Made by a program: the position numbers and the translations under genes
In this document: positions 1 to 10,288 of the stretch, one piece after another
Position numbering within the stretch: position 1 is the first letter of the stretch
Layout: each line of letters begins with the position of its first letter
Notes under the pieces: model-generated
What the model saw: the letters and a program-made list of their open reading frames with translations, nothing else
The model's database searches: none
Told to the model about the DNA's origin: nothing
Source: Desulfatiglandales bacterium
GTDB lineage: Bacteria > Desulfobacterota > DSM-4660 > Desulfatiglandales > Desulfatiglandaceae
DNA: 64,000 nucleotides
Direction: 5' to 3'
NCBI GenBank assembly: GCA_963662465.1
Contig: OY759599.1
Location: 352,001 to 416,000 of the forward strand

Positions 1-218
1 CATTGCCCCCTTGCGTAGCGCTGCCTCCCGCGCCGCTGGGGTATCAGGTATGAGCTGCCAGGGGCCTTTTTGTTCGGTTGTCCAATAGCGAAATTGGTTG
101 ACATTTGAATTTTCAGGCATTAAAATGCCTCCATACTTCGATTTTCACTTAAGCCGCCTCGCCTGCAAGCATAGCGGCTTTTCTTTTGAGCTGTCGTTTC
201 GACAATTCCAAAACCGCT

Positions 219-416
219 TCATGATTTTTCTCCGAATTCCAACAATTCAGATTTCCGAAACCTTCTATATTTCCCGAACCTCAAAACAGGAATAGTACCC
301 AGCCTGATTTGCCGGTATATCCAATGGGGCCGTACCTGTAAAAATTCCGCTGCCTGTTTGACTGTCCATAACGGTTCCGGTTGTTCGCTATTCTTTGCTG
401 TTTGCGGTTCTGCCAT
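219..416 (-). CDS. Excisionase-like helix-turn-helix protein
   Basis: 65 aa with LWTVKQAAEFLQV..WIY..IP..RFGKYRRF, the xis/HTH_17 pattern; lies near an att site. Confidence 0.8.
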   Translation of the reverse strand: MAEPQTAKNSEQPEPLWTVKQAAEFLQVRPHWIYRQIRLGTIPVLRFGKYRRFRKSELLEFGEKS

Positions 417-428
417 TTTTTTTCTCCT

Positions 429-636
429 TCAATAGATGGTTTCAAAAAGATCGGTGGGCTTACGATCCAGGGCCTTGGCAATACGTCCGGCCTGCTCAAT
501 CGTTGGTAGCCATCCTGCCGCGGAGCATATACGACAACTGGCTTTCATGAACGCCTGAGCGCCGGGCCAGGTCTCGGGCAGAGGGAATGCCTTTTTCAAC
601 CATGGCGATTAAGACTTTTTTGTTGCGTTTTACCAT
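429..636 (-). pseudogene. Frameshifted Cro/XRE-type HTH regulator
   Basis: MVKRNKKVLIAMVEKGIPSARDLARRSGVHESQLSYMLRG continues in a shifted frame as LPTIEQAGRIAKALDRKPTDLF. Confidence 0.55.
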
Positions 637-667
637 TTTGGTTTTCTCCTTTCTCAAATGTTGTTAT

Positions 668-1288
668 ATCGACGTACGACTATAAGGCAAAAAAATATGG
701 AATTATGCCGCCTTTTTTTTCAACAGGTAATCAAACCTGAATTTAACTTCTGAAATATCCAGCGTTCTCTTTATATGTTCCTGGTACGGTGGAACTCCAG
801 CGCCCACAAGGATGGGTTCTTCAATGAATAACATTTGTGAGACTGTAAATCCTTCATGCTCTACCTGCCATTTTCGGATTTTCCCAAAAGCCCAAAAGGC
901 AAAGCCGCCGTCAATAGTGCGGAAGATATCAACCTTATAGCTACCAGGTCCAACAAGATCCCATGCCGTCCCTGTTTGCTTCGCCTGATACCCGGGCCAT
1001 AAACCACTGTCTTTCAGCCATGGTTTTAACTCATTCACAATATCCCTTGATTCTGGAATTGAAAAATTTAACTGGTTGACAAGCCAGCCGCCCAAATAAA
1101 TATGAAATGCCTGCTCTAGCGTGAATTGCCGGGCGATGCCACCACTTTGACCGGCAACAGGATCAAGCCCTAAAAACTCACGCCCCCACCTTTTCCACTT
1201 GGGGAATGAGATTTGCAACGCTTCGCTGATATTTCTTGATTCGTATATTTTTTTCATGTTGGACGTTGTAACATCGACGTACGACTAT
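668..1288. promoter_or_regulatory. Two identical 16-bp operator-like sites ATCGACGTACGACTAT (668-683, 1273-1288)
   Basis: Exact repeat, each copy just upstream of a minus-strand gene start (636 and 1257). Confidence 0.55.
703..1257 (-). CDS. Hypothetical protein with possible N-terminal MerR-like HTH (island regulator)
   Basis: 184-aa ORF; N-terminus ISEALQISFPKWKRW...ARQFTLEQA resembles a MerR-type winged HTH. Confidence 0.55.
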   Translation of the reverse strand: MKKIYESRNISEALQISFPKWKRWGREFLGLDPVAGQSGGIARQFTLEQAFHIYLGGWLVNQLNFSIPESRDIVNELKPWLKDSGLWPGYQAKQTGTAWDLVGPGSYKVDIFRTIDGGFAFWAFGKIRKWQVEHEGFTVSQMLFIEEPILVGAGVPPYQEHIKRTLDISEVKFRFDYLLKKKAA

Positions 1289-1553
1289 GTCAAGCATTAT
1301 TTTCAACTTTTTTTTCACATCGCTGTATTTTTTTTTGAAAACAGGATTTCCACGGGCAGTATTCCGCGCAGCTCGGTTGGTGGGTCAAAAAATCCAAGGT
1401 AACAAAAAGGTAACATTTAGGTAAAAACACCTCCCTGTTTTGCTTTATTGTCCATTGTTGCCTGGTAGTGCCGTAAGTAAAGCAAGCATTTGGTATGATT
1501 AGAGAAAAAGCCTTGCTTAGTTTTGTTTCTTGTTCGCTAATAGTGGCAAGTTT

Positions 1554-1612
1554 CTATCTTGAGGGGGTAGTGGGCTACGCCCGTGCGGGTTCAAGTCCCG
1601 CCTTCGGCACCA
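1554..1612 (+). tRNA. 3' fragment of tRNA-Leu(GAG) serving as att site (not a full tRNA)
   Basis: Anticodon arm CTATC-TTGAGGG-GGTAG, long variable arm, T arm GCGGG-TTCAAGT-CCCGC, acceptor CTTCGGCACCA; D arm and 5' acceptor strand absent. Confidence 0.9.
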
Positions 1613-1635
1613 TTTTTAATAGTAAATTCAACAAC

Positions 1636-2811
1636 TTAAACACTGTTAAGAGCCCTTTCCCGTTGTGCACCTGTTGTGCACCTAGCTTTTCGGAAAAGGG
1701 CTCTTTTCTTTTCGGCATTCACCTGAAAATATCTATCAAAAGCTTTATTGGTTTCATGCCCCGTTCCGTATTTTTTGATTTCTTCCGGTGTGCAATCATC
1801 CCCTAATGCAACAACTGTTGAATGTTTTGTTCCAGGATACAGGGGTACTCCTTCCACTCCCAAATTCTTGCATGCCATTCTCCAATAGGTGTAAATATAA
1901 TCCTTGCCGAATCTTCCCCTTTTTGATTTATGAACCCCTTTTCTTTTCCCATGACGGAAAAAATACATTTCCTTGTCAATGACTGGCGGGAACGATTTTA
2001 TGATTTCAATGTCTTCATCTAAGAGATAAACTTTTTTCGGTTTTTTTTCTTTGTTATGTGTGATTTCCATTATTCCATTGGAAAGATCAATATCTTTTTC
2101 CTTGATATGGATCATCTCAATCGGTCTTACGTTAACGTAAGTGGAAAGCCATAATGCACCAATATAGATTTTAGAATTAAATGTTGTGATACGTTTCAGC
2201 TCTTCTAAAATTATTCCTTGTGTGGGCTTATCAACTATCTTCCGATATTCGCTTTCATAGGAAATATCAGGAAATTCCGGCATTATTATTTTTATTTTTG
2301 CTCTTCTATTTCTCTTAATTACCCAATTGAAAAATGAATGAAGTGTTGCCTTTATGTTGTGTTTTGATTTATCTGAAAGATGGGCAGGTAGTTGGTCAAA
2401 AAAATCCTCTAATTCAGGATAATCTATTTCTTTAATGTTTGTGCTTTTGAAGTAAACACAAGCATAATTCATATGGTTTTTCAGATTGCGTAAACACCTA
2501 ACCTGTTTTTCCTTTTTTTGTAACCACTGCTCGGATAATGTTCTAAACGCCAATGGTTCCCCTTTTTGAAAATCTCTTTCATCAAAGGTCCCTTCATCAT
2601 GTTTGTATCGTAAAGCATTTAAAAATCTTTCAGCTTCATGAAGATCTTCAAAGCGCTTAAAGACTTTCTGAAAACGAACAATATATTTAGATCCCTTTTT
2701 CCCCTTGTTGTTGATGATTTTCCCTTGCATACAAAACCCCCCGTGTCCCTGATTAGTATCAAGGATATTATATGGAGGATTATTTGCTTTTTTGTCAAGG
2801 GAAATATTCAT
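1636..2811 (-). CDS. Tyrosine recombinase / integrase
   Basis: NVRPIE, YPGTKHS and GHETNKAFDRY motifs; abuts att; true start probably MQGKI at about 2730. Confidence 0.9.
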   Translation of the reverse strand: MNISLDKKANNPPYNILDTNQGHGGFCMQGKIINNKGKKGSKYIVRFQKVFKRFEDLHEAERFLNALRYKHDEGTFDERDFQKGEPLAFRTLSEQWLQKKEKQVRCLRNLKNHMNYACVYFKSTNIKEIDYPELEDFFDQLPAHLSDKSKHNIKATLHSFFNWVIKRNRRAKIKIIMPEFPDISYESEYRKIVDKPTQGIILEELKRITTFNSKIYIGALWLSTYVNVRPIEMIHIKEKDIDLSNGIMEITHNKEKKPKKVYLLDEDIEIIKSFPPVIDKEMYFFRHGKRKGVHKSKRGRFGKDYIYTYWRMACKNLGVEGVPLYPGTKHSTVVALGDDCTPEEIKKYGTGHETNKAFDRYFQVNAEKKRALFRKARCTTGAQRERALNSV

Positions 2812-3452
2812 TTATTATTTATTATTGATATTAATTATGTTTTTTATCTGCAATTATAGCATATTTTTTTGATTTTTCTTCGGGTTTTTCAGGCTTTTCA
2901 GAAGTGAGCTTTTCTTTTCCCTTTTTGAAAATGACGGAATTTATCGAGGCTGTTACCCGAATAAAGGAAAGGTATTAATTCAGGAACGACCTTATTGATG
3001 CCTGTAAGCGGGTGTAGCTGGCGGTGAGAGGATGGTGGTTGATAGGTTAGGGTAGCTCCCTAAATCATCTTGAAAAACGAAGTTATTTTTTATTCAAATT
3101 ACATTGTAATATGAAATAGATAGGCGCAAAAAACGAATAAACGGGCCGCATATTCTAATGATTATGCGGAAAAGAATGGAATGGAAGTTGTGAAGATATT
3201 CAAGGATGATATTTCAGGCACCAAAGAAGACCGACCTGCCCTGGCTGATCTTATGTTTGACCTGGAAGAAAACGGGCATGGTGTCAAGACCGTTATCATT
3301 GAAATGGTCAATCGGCTGGCAAGGGATTTGATGGTGCAAGAATTCATCATTAAGGATTTTCAGAAACACGGCTTCCATTTGATTTCCGCCACAGAAGACG
3401 TGGACCTTCTCAGTGAAGATCCAACAAGAAAGTTAGTCCGACAAGTTTTAGG

Positions 3453-5380
3453 GGGCGACCTGCAGCCCCAGTTTTCTAAGTGACAGTGATAGTCTGTCTA
3501 TGCTGTACCGCAAAATGGCATAAGGTCAACATTAGGATTATCTCTCCGGAGGCAAAGTTTCCGTCGTGCCCATCGAACGGGAACGCCGGAGGTAAGTGAC
3601 TCACTACGCCGTAAGGCGGGTGGGAGAAGGGCTTGAGACCGATGCTCAGATCCGATTTCAGATGCCTAAGCGACGGCCGGCATTTGATTAGACCGAGGTG
3701 GCGTGGCCGTGGGACGAGGGTACCTTAAAGCCTGTAGTCCGGCCCGTTGGGGGAAAAGACGGGATCAAAGTCGAGGCATATTGCGGATAGCCTTGCTGGA
3801 AACGGTTATAAGTGATTAGGTTTGGAGAGGAGCAGAATAGAGAACTGGGGTGACCGGGTGAGATCTTGTGGAAGTCTCGCAGAATGCGAGTAGGGAACTG
3901 GGAACCTGATGCGACCATGAGAAGTCAGCGCCGTCATATTAGGCACATGGGGTCAACCTGTGCCGAAGGACGACACCGTGAAAGGTAGGTAAAGGGATAT
4001 TGCGCGGGCAGGGGTACGTTCCAAGCGAAAACGGCCCGGAACTGGCAGACAGTACCGCCGTGGTATACAGACCTATCTGGTGTAGGATGGTATCAATTGG
4101 CTAAGATTTTACACAGTGTCATAGACAAAGTTTACAACTGGGTCAACCTGGAAAAGGCATCGGCCAAGGTAATTGCCAACCGAGGCAGTGCCGGTGTTGA
4201 CGGCATGGATGTGAAGGCATGGAGAGGCAAACTTAAGGAACACCTGAGCACTTTACGGCACAGACTGATGAACGACACCTATCGGAGCAAGGCGGTCAAG
4301 CGGACTTACATTGACAAGCCTGGCAGCCGGAAGAAGCGCCCACTGGGTATTCCGGTGGTAGTGGATCGCGTGTGTCAGCAAGCTGTGCATGCGCAGCTGA
4401 GCCCTGTGTTTGAAGAATACTTCCACCCAAACAGCTATGGTTTCCGTCCGGGGCGCAGTACACATACTGCTGCCGTCCAGGTTCAGGAGTTGAGAGGCAA
4501 AGGATATGGCTATGTGGTAGATCTTGACATCAGAGGTTTCTTTGACCATGTGGATCATGAAATCCTGATGAAGTTGGTCGGCAAGGTGGTGAAGGATCGA
4601 CGGGTCCTGGGCCTGATACGCGGCTGGCTGACGGCTGGAGTAATGGAGGAGGGCAATATACGCTTTCAGGTCTCCGGCACACCGCAGGGTGGGGTAATCA
4701 GTCCTTTACTGAGTAACATTTACCTCACAGTGCTGGATAATGCGTTGGCGGCAAAAGGACATCCATTTGTCCGATATGCCGATGACGTGGTAATTTTCTG
4801 CCACGGGCGCGAGCAAGCAGACCAAATACTTGTCTATGTACGCCAGGTACTCAGCGAGCTCAAGCTGGAGCTTAACGATGAAAAGACCTGCGTGCGGTCA
4901 TTTTCCGAAGGATTTGATTTTCTTGGATTCCATTTCAATACGCGTGGGATGAAGGTCGGGACCAAATCGCTCAAAGGCCTGTACCGTAAGGTGCGGGAGG
5001 TAACCCGACGGCAACAAGGTGATCTACCTGTGGAATTACTGATAGAAAGGCTCAATCCGATTTTGAGAGGGTGGGGCAACTATCACAAAAGAGGCCGCAA
5101 TGTAGGACTGCTCACAAGGCTGGATAGATGGGTAAGAAAGCGCTTGCGTGCTTATATACACAAGCGTTGGCGTACCACTGAAGGGCATCCGTCTAACAAC
5201 GAACTGGCCCAAAAGGGATTGGTGTCAATGCGAAGCATTATCCGGCCAAGGTGGCATGGTCAATTGCTGCTGTTTGAAGCTCCCCGGATGGGGTAATTCA
5301 CGGGACCGCCGGATGCGGGAAAACTGCCTGTCCGGTGGTAACGGGGGCTTGGCTCTGGCGACAGAGTCATTCTACCCACT
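3453..5380 (+). mobile_element. Group II intron
   Basis: 5' GGGCG; domain V ACCGCCGGATGCGGGAAAACTGCCTGTCCGGTGGT (5305-5339); domain VI ending CTACCCACT; removal restores the host frame (GG|T GCC ATT). Confidence 0.9.
4097..5296 (+). CDS. ltrA: Group II intron reverse transcriptase/maturase, no endonuclease domain
   Basis: RPLGIP, SYGFRPGRS, GTPQGGVISPLLSNIYL, YADD, FDFLGF, LRGWGNY (maturase X domain). Confidence 0.95.
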   Translation: MAKILHSVIDKVYNWVNLEKASAKVIANRGSAGVDGMDVKAWRGKLKEHLSTLRHRLMNDTYRSKAVKRTYIDKPGSRKKRPLGIPVVVDRVCQQAVHAQLSPVFEEYFHPNSYGFRPGRSTHTAAVQVQELRGKGYGYVVDLDIRGFFDHVDHEILMKLVGKVVKDRRVLGLIRGWLTAGVMEEGNIRFQVSGTPQGGVISPLLSNIYLTVLDNALAAKGHPFVRYADDVVIFCHGREQADQILVYVRQVLSELKLELNDEKTCVRSFSEGFDFLGFHFNTRGMKVGTKSLKGLYRKVREVTRRQQGDLPVELLIERLNPILRGWGNYHKRGRNVGLLTRLDRWVRKRLRAYIHKRWRTTEGHPSNNELAQKGLVSMRSIIRPRWHGQLLLFEAPRMG

Positions 5381-5888
5381 TGCCATTGCTGAGTATGAAA
5401 AGCAAATGCTTGTGAGGAAACTCAAAGCCGCAAGAGATAGGCAAAGGCGGAAAACAGGAAAATGTGAAGGGCGGAAAAACTGGAAGGAAAAAGCGCCGGA
5501 AGTGTTGGCGGAAGTCAAGGCATTGAGAAGGAAAAGAAAAGGAATTCAAAAGAGGATGTCATTTGCTCAAGTGGCGGAAGTTCTCAATGAAAAAGGATTT
5601 CAAAATTCAACAGGTGGTAAGTTCACTGGTAAAGGCGTTTCGAGTTTGTATTCCCGTAACGCATAGCCTATCAGAACAAGAGTTAATCAATAGCCCTACC
5701 CCTTATTGTAGGGCTTTGTTATTACTGTCGATTGTGGGGCATCTGAGGGCTTCAAGGATGCAAAACAATTTAATGATATTGATTTGAAGGAGTAAATCCT
5801 ATTGGCGTGAATAATATTCACTATATTTTCTTGTTGACATCCATCCCAGAAAGGTTTTTTATATGTATAATAATTAATTTATTGTTAG

Positions 5889-7583
5889 ATGGTTATGAGA
5901 CAAATATGGAGATATGTCATGGCTCTGATATCCAAGCGCGTGAATCCTTACCTTTTTATCTTTCTGCTTATCGCTTTTTTCCTGATTCCCACCATTGGGT
6001 TTGCAGCCACGATCCGTGTTCCAAGCGAGCAAGCGACTATTCAGGCCGGTATTGATGCAGCGGTGGCTGGGGATACGGTTTTGGTGGCTGATGGGACTTA
6101 TACGGGGGAAGGGAATAAGAATATTGATTTCAAGGGGAAGGCTATCACGGTTCAGTCAGAAAATGGGGCCGAGAATTGTATTGTTGATTGTGAAAGTCTT
6201 GGGAGGGGTTTCTATTTTCATAATAAAGAAGGCCCTAGCTCTATTCTCTTTGGATTTACTATAAAGGGTGGTTTTGCTTTTGAAGACAATAATGAAGGTG
6301 GGGGTGGAATATATCTTTTTCGATCATCACCTTCAATTACTTATTGCACTATTACTTTAAATTCAGGTGGGGGTATTTGTTCTAATTATTCTTTTCCTAA
6401 AATTTCTAGCTGCATTATTAGTAAAAATACTGCCGACTATGGTGGGGGAATTCATTTATTTTATTCCTCACCAACCATTATAAATTGCACCATTAAGGAT
6501 AACACTGGTTACAATACCGGTGGTGGGATTCGTTGTTATGAATCCTCTCCGTCAATTATGAACTCTGCAATTACAGAAAATACTGTTCATGGCGATGGGG
6601 GTGGAATTTATTGTGGCTGTTCTTCCTCTCCAGCCATTACAAAATGCAATATTAGTGAGAACGAGGCTTATAATAATGGGGGCGGTATTTATTGCGGTTA
6701 TGGGAACATTAGTAGTTCACCTTCCCCGGACATCCTTGGGAGTATTATCAGAAATAACATAGCAAGAGTTAATGGCGGAGGAATCTATGCATATTACTGC
6801 TATTCAAGAATCATTAACTGTATCATTGCAGAAAACAAGGCTTTTCAAGGCGGTGGTATTTTTGGCTTCTATAGCAATTCGTTAAAAATTATCAATTGTA
6901 CAATTGCTGGCAACAATGCTAATGCTTATGGTGGAGGGATAAAGGCTGATGCCTATGATGTTCTAACCAATTCCATCTTTTGGAAAAACACACCTGATTC
7001 AATATATGGAGATCCCACTACAACCTATTCTGATATTGAAGGTGGATATGCTGGAGAGGGCAATATCCAAAGCAACCCTGAATTTGTTTCGGAAACAGAT
7101 TACCGCTTGTCTGCATCTTCCCCCTGTATTGATACAGGCACATCAAATGGTACACCAAATACAGACATAAATGGCAACCCAAGACCTCAAGGCAACGGCT
7201 ATGACATGGGGGCTTATGAGTCTGATCAGAGCGGTGGTGCAAGACCCACAGTAAATGCAGGTAGTGACCAACAAGTTTTTAACAGCATCAAACTCGATGG
7301 CAGTGCTTCCACGGCCCCTAGTGGTTCCATCACTACTTACTCATGGGCTTTGAAATACCAAGGAAATTCATCGTATGACCGCACAGCAACAGGCGTGAGC
7401 CCAACTGTTTCAACTCTCCAACCTGGTTTCTATGATGTGACTCTAACAGTAACCGATAACCAAGGGTTGACCAATACAGATACCATGCTCTTTTCAGCCA
7501 TGGGCATCAATTGCGACTTCAACGGCGACGGTGACGTAGATGGATCAGACCTTCAAGTATTCTCTACCAATTACGGGAAATAG
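5889..7583 (+). CDS. Secreted right-handed beta-helix protein with PKD-like domain and C-terminal dockerin/EF-hand-like motif
   Basis: Signal peptide; TIQAGIDAAVAGDTVLVADGTY; repeated GGGI...N.A; SPCIDTG...DMGAYE; LDGSAS..YSW..VTLTVTD; CDFNGDGDVDGSDL. Confidence 0.85.
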   Translation: MVMRQIWRYVMALISKRVNPYLFIFLLIAFFLIPTIGFAATIRVPSEQATIQAGIDAAVAGDTVLVADGTYTGEGNKNIDFKGKAITVQSENGAENCIVDCESLGRGFYFHNKEGPSSILFGFTIKGGFAFEDNNEGGGGIYLFRSSPSITYCTITLNSGGGICSNYSFPKISSCIISKNTADYGGGIHLFYSSPTIINCTIKDNTGYNTGGGIRCYESSPSIMNSAITENTVHGDGGGIYCGCSSSPAITKCNISENEAYNNGGGIYCGYGNISSSPSPDILGSIIRNNIARVNGGGIYAYYCYSRIINCIIAENKAFQGGGIFGFYSNSLKIINCTIAGNNANAYGGGIKADAYDVLTNSIFWKNTPDSIYGDPTTTYSDIEGGYAGEGNIQSNPEFVSETDYRLSASSPCIDTGTSNGTPNTDINGNPRPQGNGYDMGAYESDQSGGARPTVNAGSDQQVFNSIKLDGSASTAPSGSITTYSWALKYQGNSSYDRTATGVSPTVSTLQPGFYDVTLTVTDNQGLTNTDTMLFSAMGINCDFNGDGDVDGSDLQVFSTNYGK

Positions 7584-7619
7584 GAATATTTGAAATTGAT
7601 TGAAAAACGGGTAATCAGC

Positions 7620-8360
7620 ATGGCGAAAAAATGGTTTTCACAATTCATCTGGCTCTTTGCTGCTCTTTGGTTTATTTTCCCACTGACCTCCCACGCAGCC
7701 ACAGTAGATGTTATTGGCGAGGCAAATTTATCCGATACCACCCTTTCCGTAAATATCTACACCAATACCGCTGCAAATATTCTGAGCTTTGGCATAAAGC
7801 TGACGTACAGCGCCGCTGATCTGACAGTGACCAGCGTGGAAAGAAACAATGACACCTGGTATTTCGGCAATGCTTCAACAACCTATCCCTACATCTCCCC
7901 TGATTCTTCAACCCAAGGAAAGGTGACTATCATTGGTGGGTTGTTGGATACTGGAAACCCTACTGGTGGCGTTACAGGCCAAAAGATTCTATTGGCAACG
8001 GTTAATTTCAATAGAAAAACCGGATCTGCTCCATCACTTTCGCTCTCATACGCCAAGGCAGCGCCATATAAGAATTTCGTCTCCACTACCGGCATTGTTT
8101 ATGACGATATGAGTCAAGGCATTTCATTCAGCGTTGGCTTTGGTTCGACATGTTCGCAGTGTACGGGTGATCCTGTTGAACTCGAAGGCGTTACTTTTGA
8201 AGCTGGAATTGCCTGTGAATGTAAAGCCATCACTTCGATTACCATCGGTCCAAATGTAATAATTAGAAAAGGAGCCAATATCACATTTAATGCTCCGAAA
8301 ATAATTGTCAAAAGCTGGTTTAAAGCGGAAAATGGTTCTATTGTCAAAATGCAGCAATAG
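7620..8360 (+). CDS. Secreted cohesin-like domain protein
   Basis: Signal peptide; LSVNIY..ILSFGIKLTYS..LTVTSV...GKVTI...LLATVNF beta-sandwich pattern; Cys-containing C-terminal beta domain. Confidence 0.6.
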   Translation: MAKKWFSQFIWLFAALWFIFPLTSHAATVDVIGEANLSDTTLSVNIYTNTAANILSFGIKLTYSAADLTVTSVERNNDTWYFGNASTTYPYISPDSSTQGKVTIIGGLLDTGNPTGGVTGQKILLATVNFNRKTGSAPSLSLSYAKAAPYKNFVSTTGIVYDDMSQGISFSVGFGSTCSQCTGDPVELEGVTFEAGIACECKAITSITIGPNVIIRKGANITFNAPKIIVKSWFKAENGSIVKMQQ

Positions 8361-9253
8361 CTGTGTGATCATTTAGACTTGCCGCCGATACTGGAAAGCC
8401 CTACCCTATGTAGGGCTTTGTTGTTTGTGTCGATTGTGGGGCCTCTGAGGGGTTCTGAGCTGGCATAAAAAAGGGCAGATAGTAGCTGCTACCCCCCTTG
8501 ACCTACCGCAATGGCCTATACCTGCCCCGGCGATGGGCCTTGCTACGCCTGGCTGGCTCCGGTACCAGGTAGCAATCTTGTTATGCTTCTTTTGACCTAA
8601 GACTAACGCTCGATCTGGTTACCCTATTCCACTCTGGAATAATCTAAATTACGCAAATAATGCAGCTTATCATCTACGTCAAGAGTGTTTAATTTGCGTT
8701 TTTGCTCCGGGTCTAACTTACATTTCGCACTAAAAAACCAAGTTTTCAGGGTTTAATGTGTGAAGCGGCCAAAGGGGCAACTTCACAAATAATAGGAGGA
8801 AAAGATTGTCCCGGACAGGGTCAAATTCATGTGCTATGTATATAACACATGAGGCTTGCAAAATTGATGGAAAATAATGTTGTTAAGCGATAAATAAGAT
8901 ATAGTTCCATCCTTTGACTATATTATTACGCCTCATAAAAGTGAACAGGGAGGCGTTATGGAGCAATTTGAAACACGGTTCAAACGAGTCGACTTGGGCG
9001 CTAACCAAAATGGAACCAGTTTTGCTACTCCAAACGGAACCAGATATTGCGCACTGGTCTTTTCCTTTTAGAAGGGTTTTCTTGTAAATTTGTTAGAGGT
9101 TGCATGAAAGAGTATATCAGATGGTATTTTAAAAATGCTGGTGAGACACGTAGCGTTCTGGTTGAAGAATCAGTGATGAGGATACCATCAATATGGTGAT
9201 GGCAGAGAAGAGGGGATTAGATTTTTCGGTTAAGGGCAATGCTTATTGAGGAA

Positions 9254-9451
9254 CTATTTGTCTATGTCATAGTCGTCCGGTAAATTCAGGAGGCCTCCCT
9301 TCGCCAATTGATCCTCAATCAAATATCCAATTTCCCCGTTTTTTTTCAGCTGTAGAATCATCCATTTGGGGAGACGAATGGTGAGCAGTTCACGTCTCAA
9401 ATGTTCCGGTTTCTTTCTTCGGCCGGCGCCTACCCGTTTTCCACCTCTCAT
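9254..9451 (-). CDS. Small putative DNA-binding protein (RGGxRxGAGR motif)
   Basis: MRGGKRVGAGRRKK...LTIRLPKW; present in both transposon copies. Confidence 0.6.
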   Translation of the reverse strand: MRGGKRVGAGRRKKPEHLRRELLTIRLPKWMILQLKKNGEIGYLIEDQLAKGGLLNLPDDYDIDK

Positions 9452-9568
9452 TTCAAGCTCCGAGACAAGGTAATTTCTGATATTCGTGTAACGAGATTCA
9501 AACAGACCGGTGAGATTCAAACAGACCGGTGATATTCAGACCTCAAAACCGGCCCTTTGGCGAACATC

Positions 9569-10288
9569 TCATTTTCTGAGGGAAGGACCATCAATATGAA
9601 TGTTGATGCAGCGATGGTTGAGACGATCCAGCAAGGCATCGACCATGTCCTTTGGTTCAAGCAGCGAATACCATTGTTCAGGTTGAAGATTGGTCGTAAT
9701 AATTGTGGACCGACCGGCTTCATAGCGATCTTTCATGAGTTTAAAAAAGGCGTTCATCTGCTCTTTTTTGAGGGTCAGGTATCCCAGTTCATCGAGCAGA
9801 AGCAGGTCATATCTGCAAAGGGCATTGAGGAGTTTCGGGGTGGACCGATCTGCCAAAGACGCATAGAGCTGATCCAGCAAATCCTGAACATTATAAAAAC
9901 GCCCCCGGTACCCGGCAATAATGGCTTGACGAAGGATCCCCACGGCCAATCCCGTTTTGCCGACGCCGGTTTTTCCATGGAACACGATGTTTTCTCTTCG
10001 GCTGATAAAGTCAAGGCCGGACAACGTCATGATCCGGCTCTTCTGTATTCCCGGCTGAAGATCAAACGGAAAGGAGTTGAGGGTCCATTCCCATGGAAGC
10101 TTTGCAATCTGGACCCGATAGATCATGCTGCGCTCCTGCCGGAAACGTAATTCCTCAGCCAGGAGATTGTAGATGACCTCGTGAATGGAAAAACCGTTCT
10201 TTTCAGCCGAAGCCAACTGTTCTTCGAGAGCCTTCAGCATGCCTTTAAACTTCAAATCAATGAGTAACTGTTCAATTTTCTTTTTCAT
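9569..10288 (-). CDS. istB: IS21 helper ATPase
   Basis: Walker A GKTGVGKT, LLLLDELGY, STIITTN, ALLDRL. Confidence 0.95.
   Translation of the reverse strand: MKKKIEQLLIDLKFKGMLKALEEQLASAEKNGFSIHEVIYNLLAEELRFRQERSMIYRVQIAKLPWEWTLNSFPFDLQPGIQKSRIMTLSGLDFISRRENIVFHGKTGVGKTGLAVGILRQAIIAGYRGRFYNVQDLLDQLYASLADRSTPKLLNALCRYDLLLLDELGYLTLKKEQMNAFFKLMKDRYEAGRSTIITTNLQPEQWYSLLEPKDMVDALLDRLNHRCINIHIDGPSLRK

Larger units (their letters stand above)
3160..5666 (+). pseudogene. Serine recombinase (resolvase family), 5'-truncated and split by a group II intron
   Basis: DISGTKEDRPAL...VNRLARDL...RQVLG joins AIAEYEKQMLVRKLKAAR after intron removal; the N-terminal YxRVS catalytic motif is missing (in-frame TAG at 3121). 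Confidence 0.8.
5692..8455 (+). repeat. ~60-bp imperfect direct repeats (5692-5753, 8397-8455), each starting with a terminator-like hairpin
   Basis: AGCCCTAC..GTAGGGCTTTGTT...TGTCGATTGTGGGGC(A/C)TCTGAGGG in both copies; they flank two cargo genes. Confidence 0.8.

Noticed and set aside
1495..1806. Full tRNA gene or 103-aa ORF over the att site
   Set aside because: The 5' half of the tRNA is absent; the ORF merely reads through the att and the antisense of the integrase
4097..5296. This RT as a second DGR or retron RT
   Set aside because: It has group II intron motifs, a maturase domain and flanking domains V and VI; no TR/VR nearby
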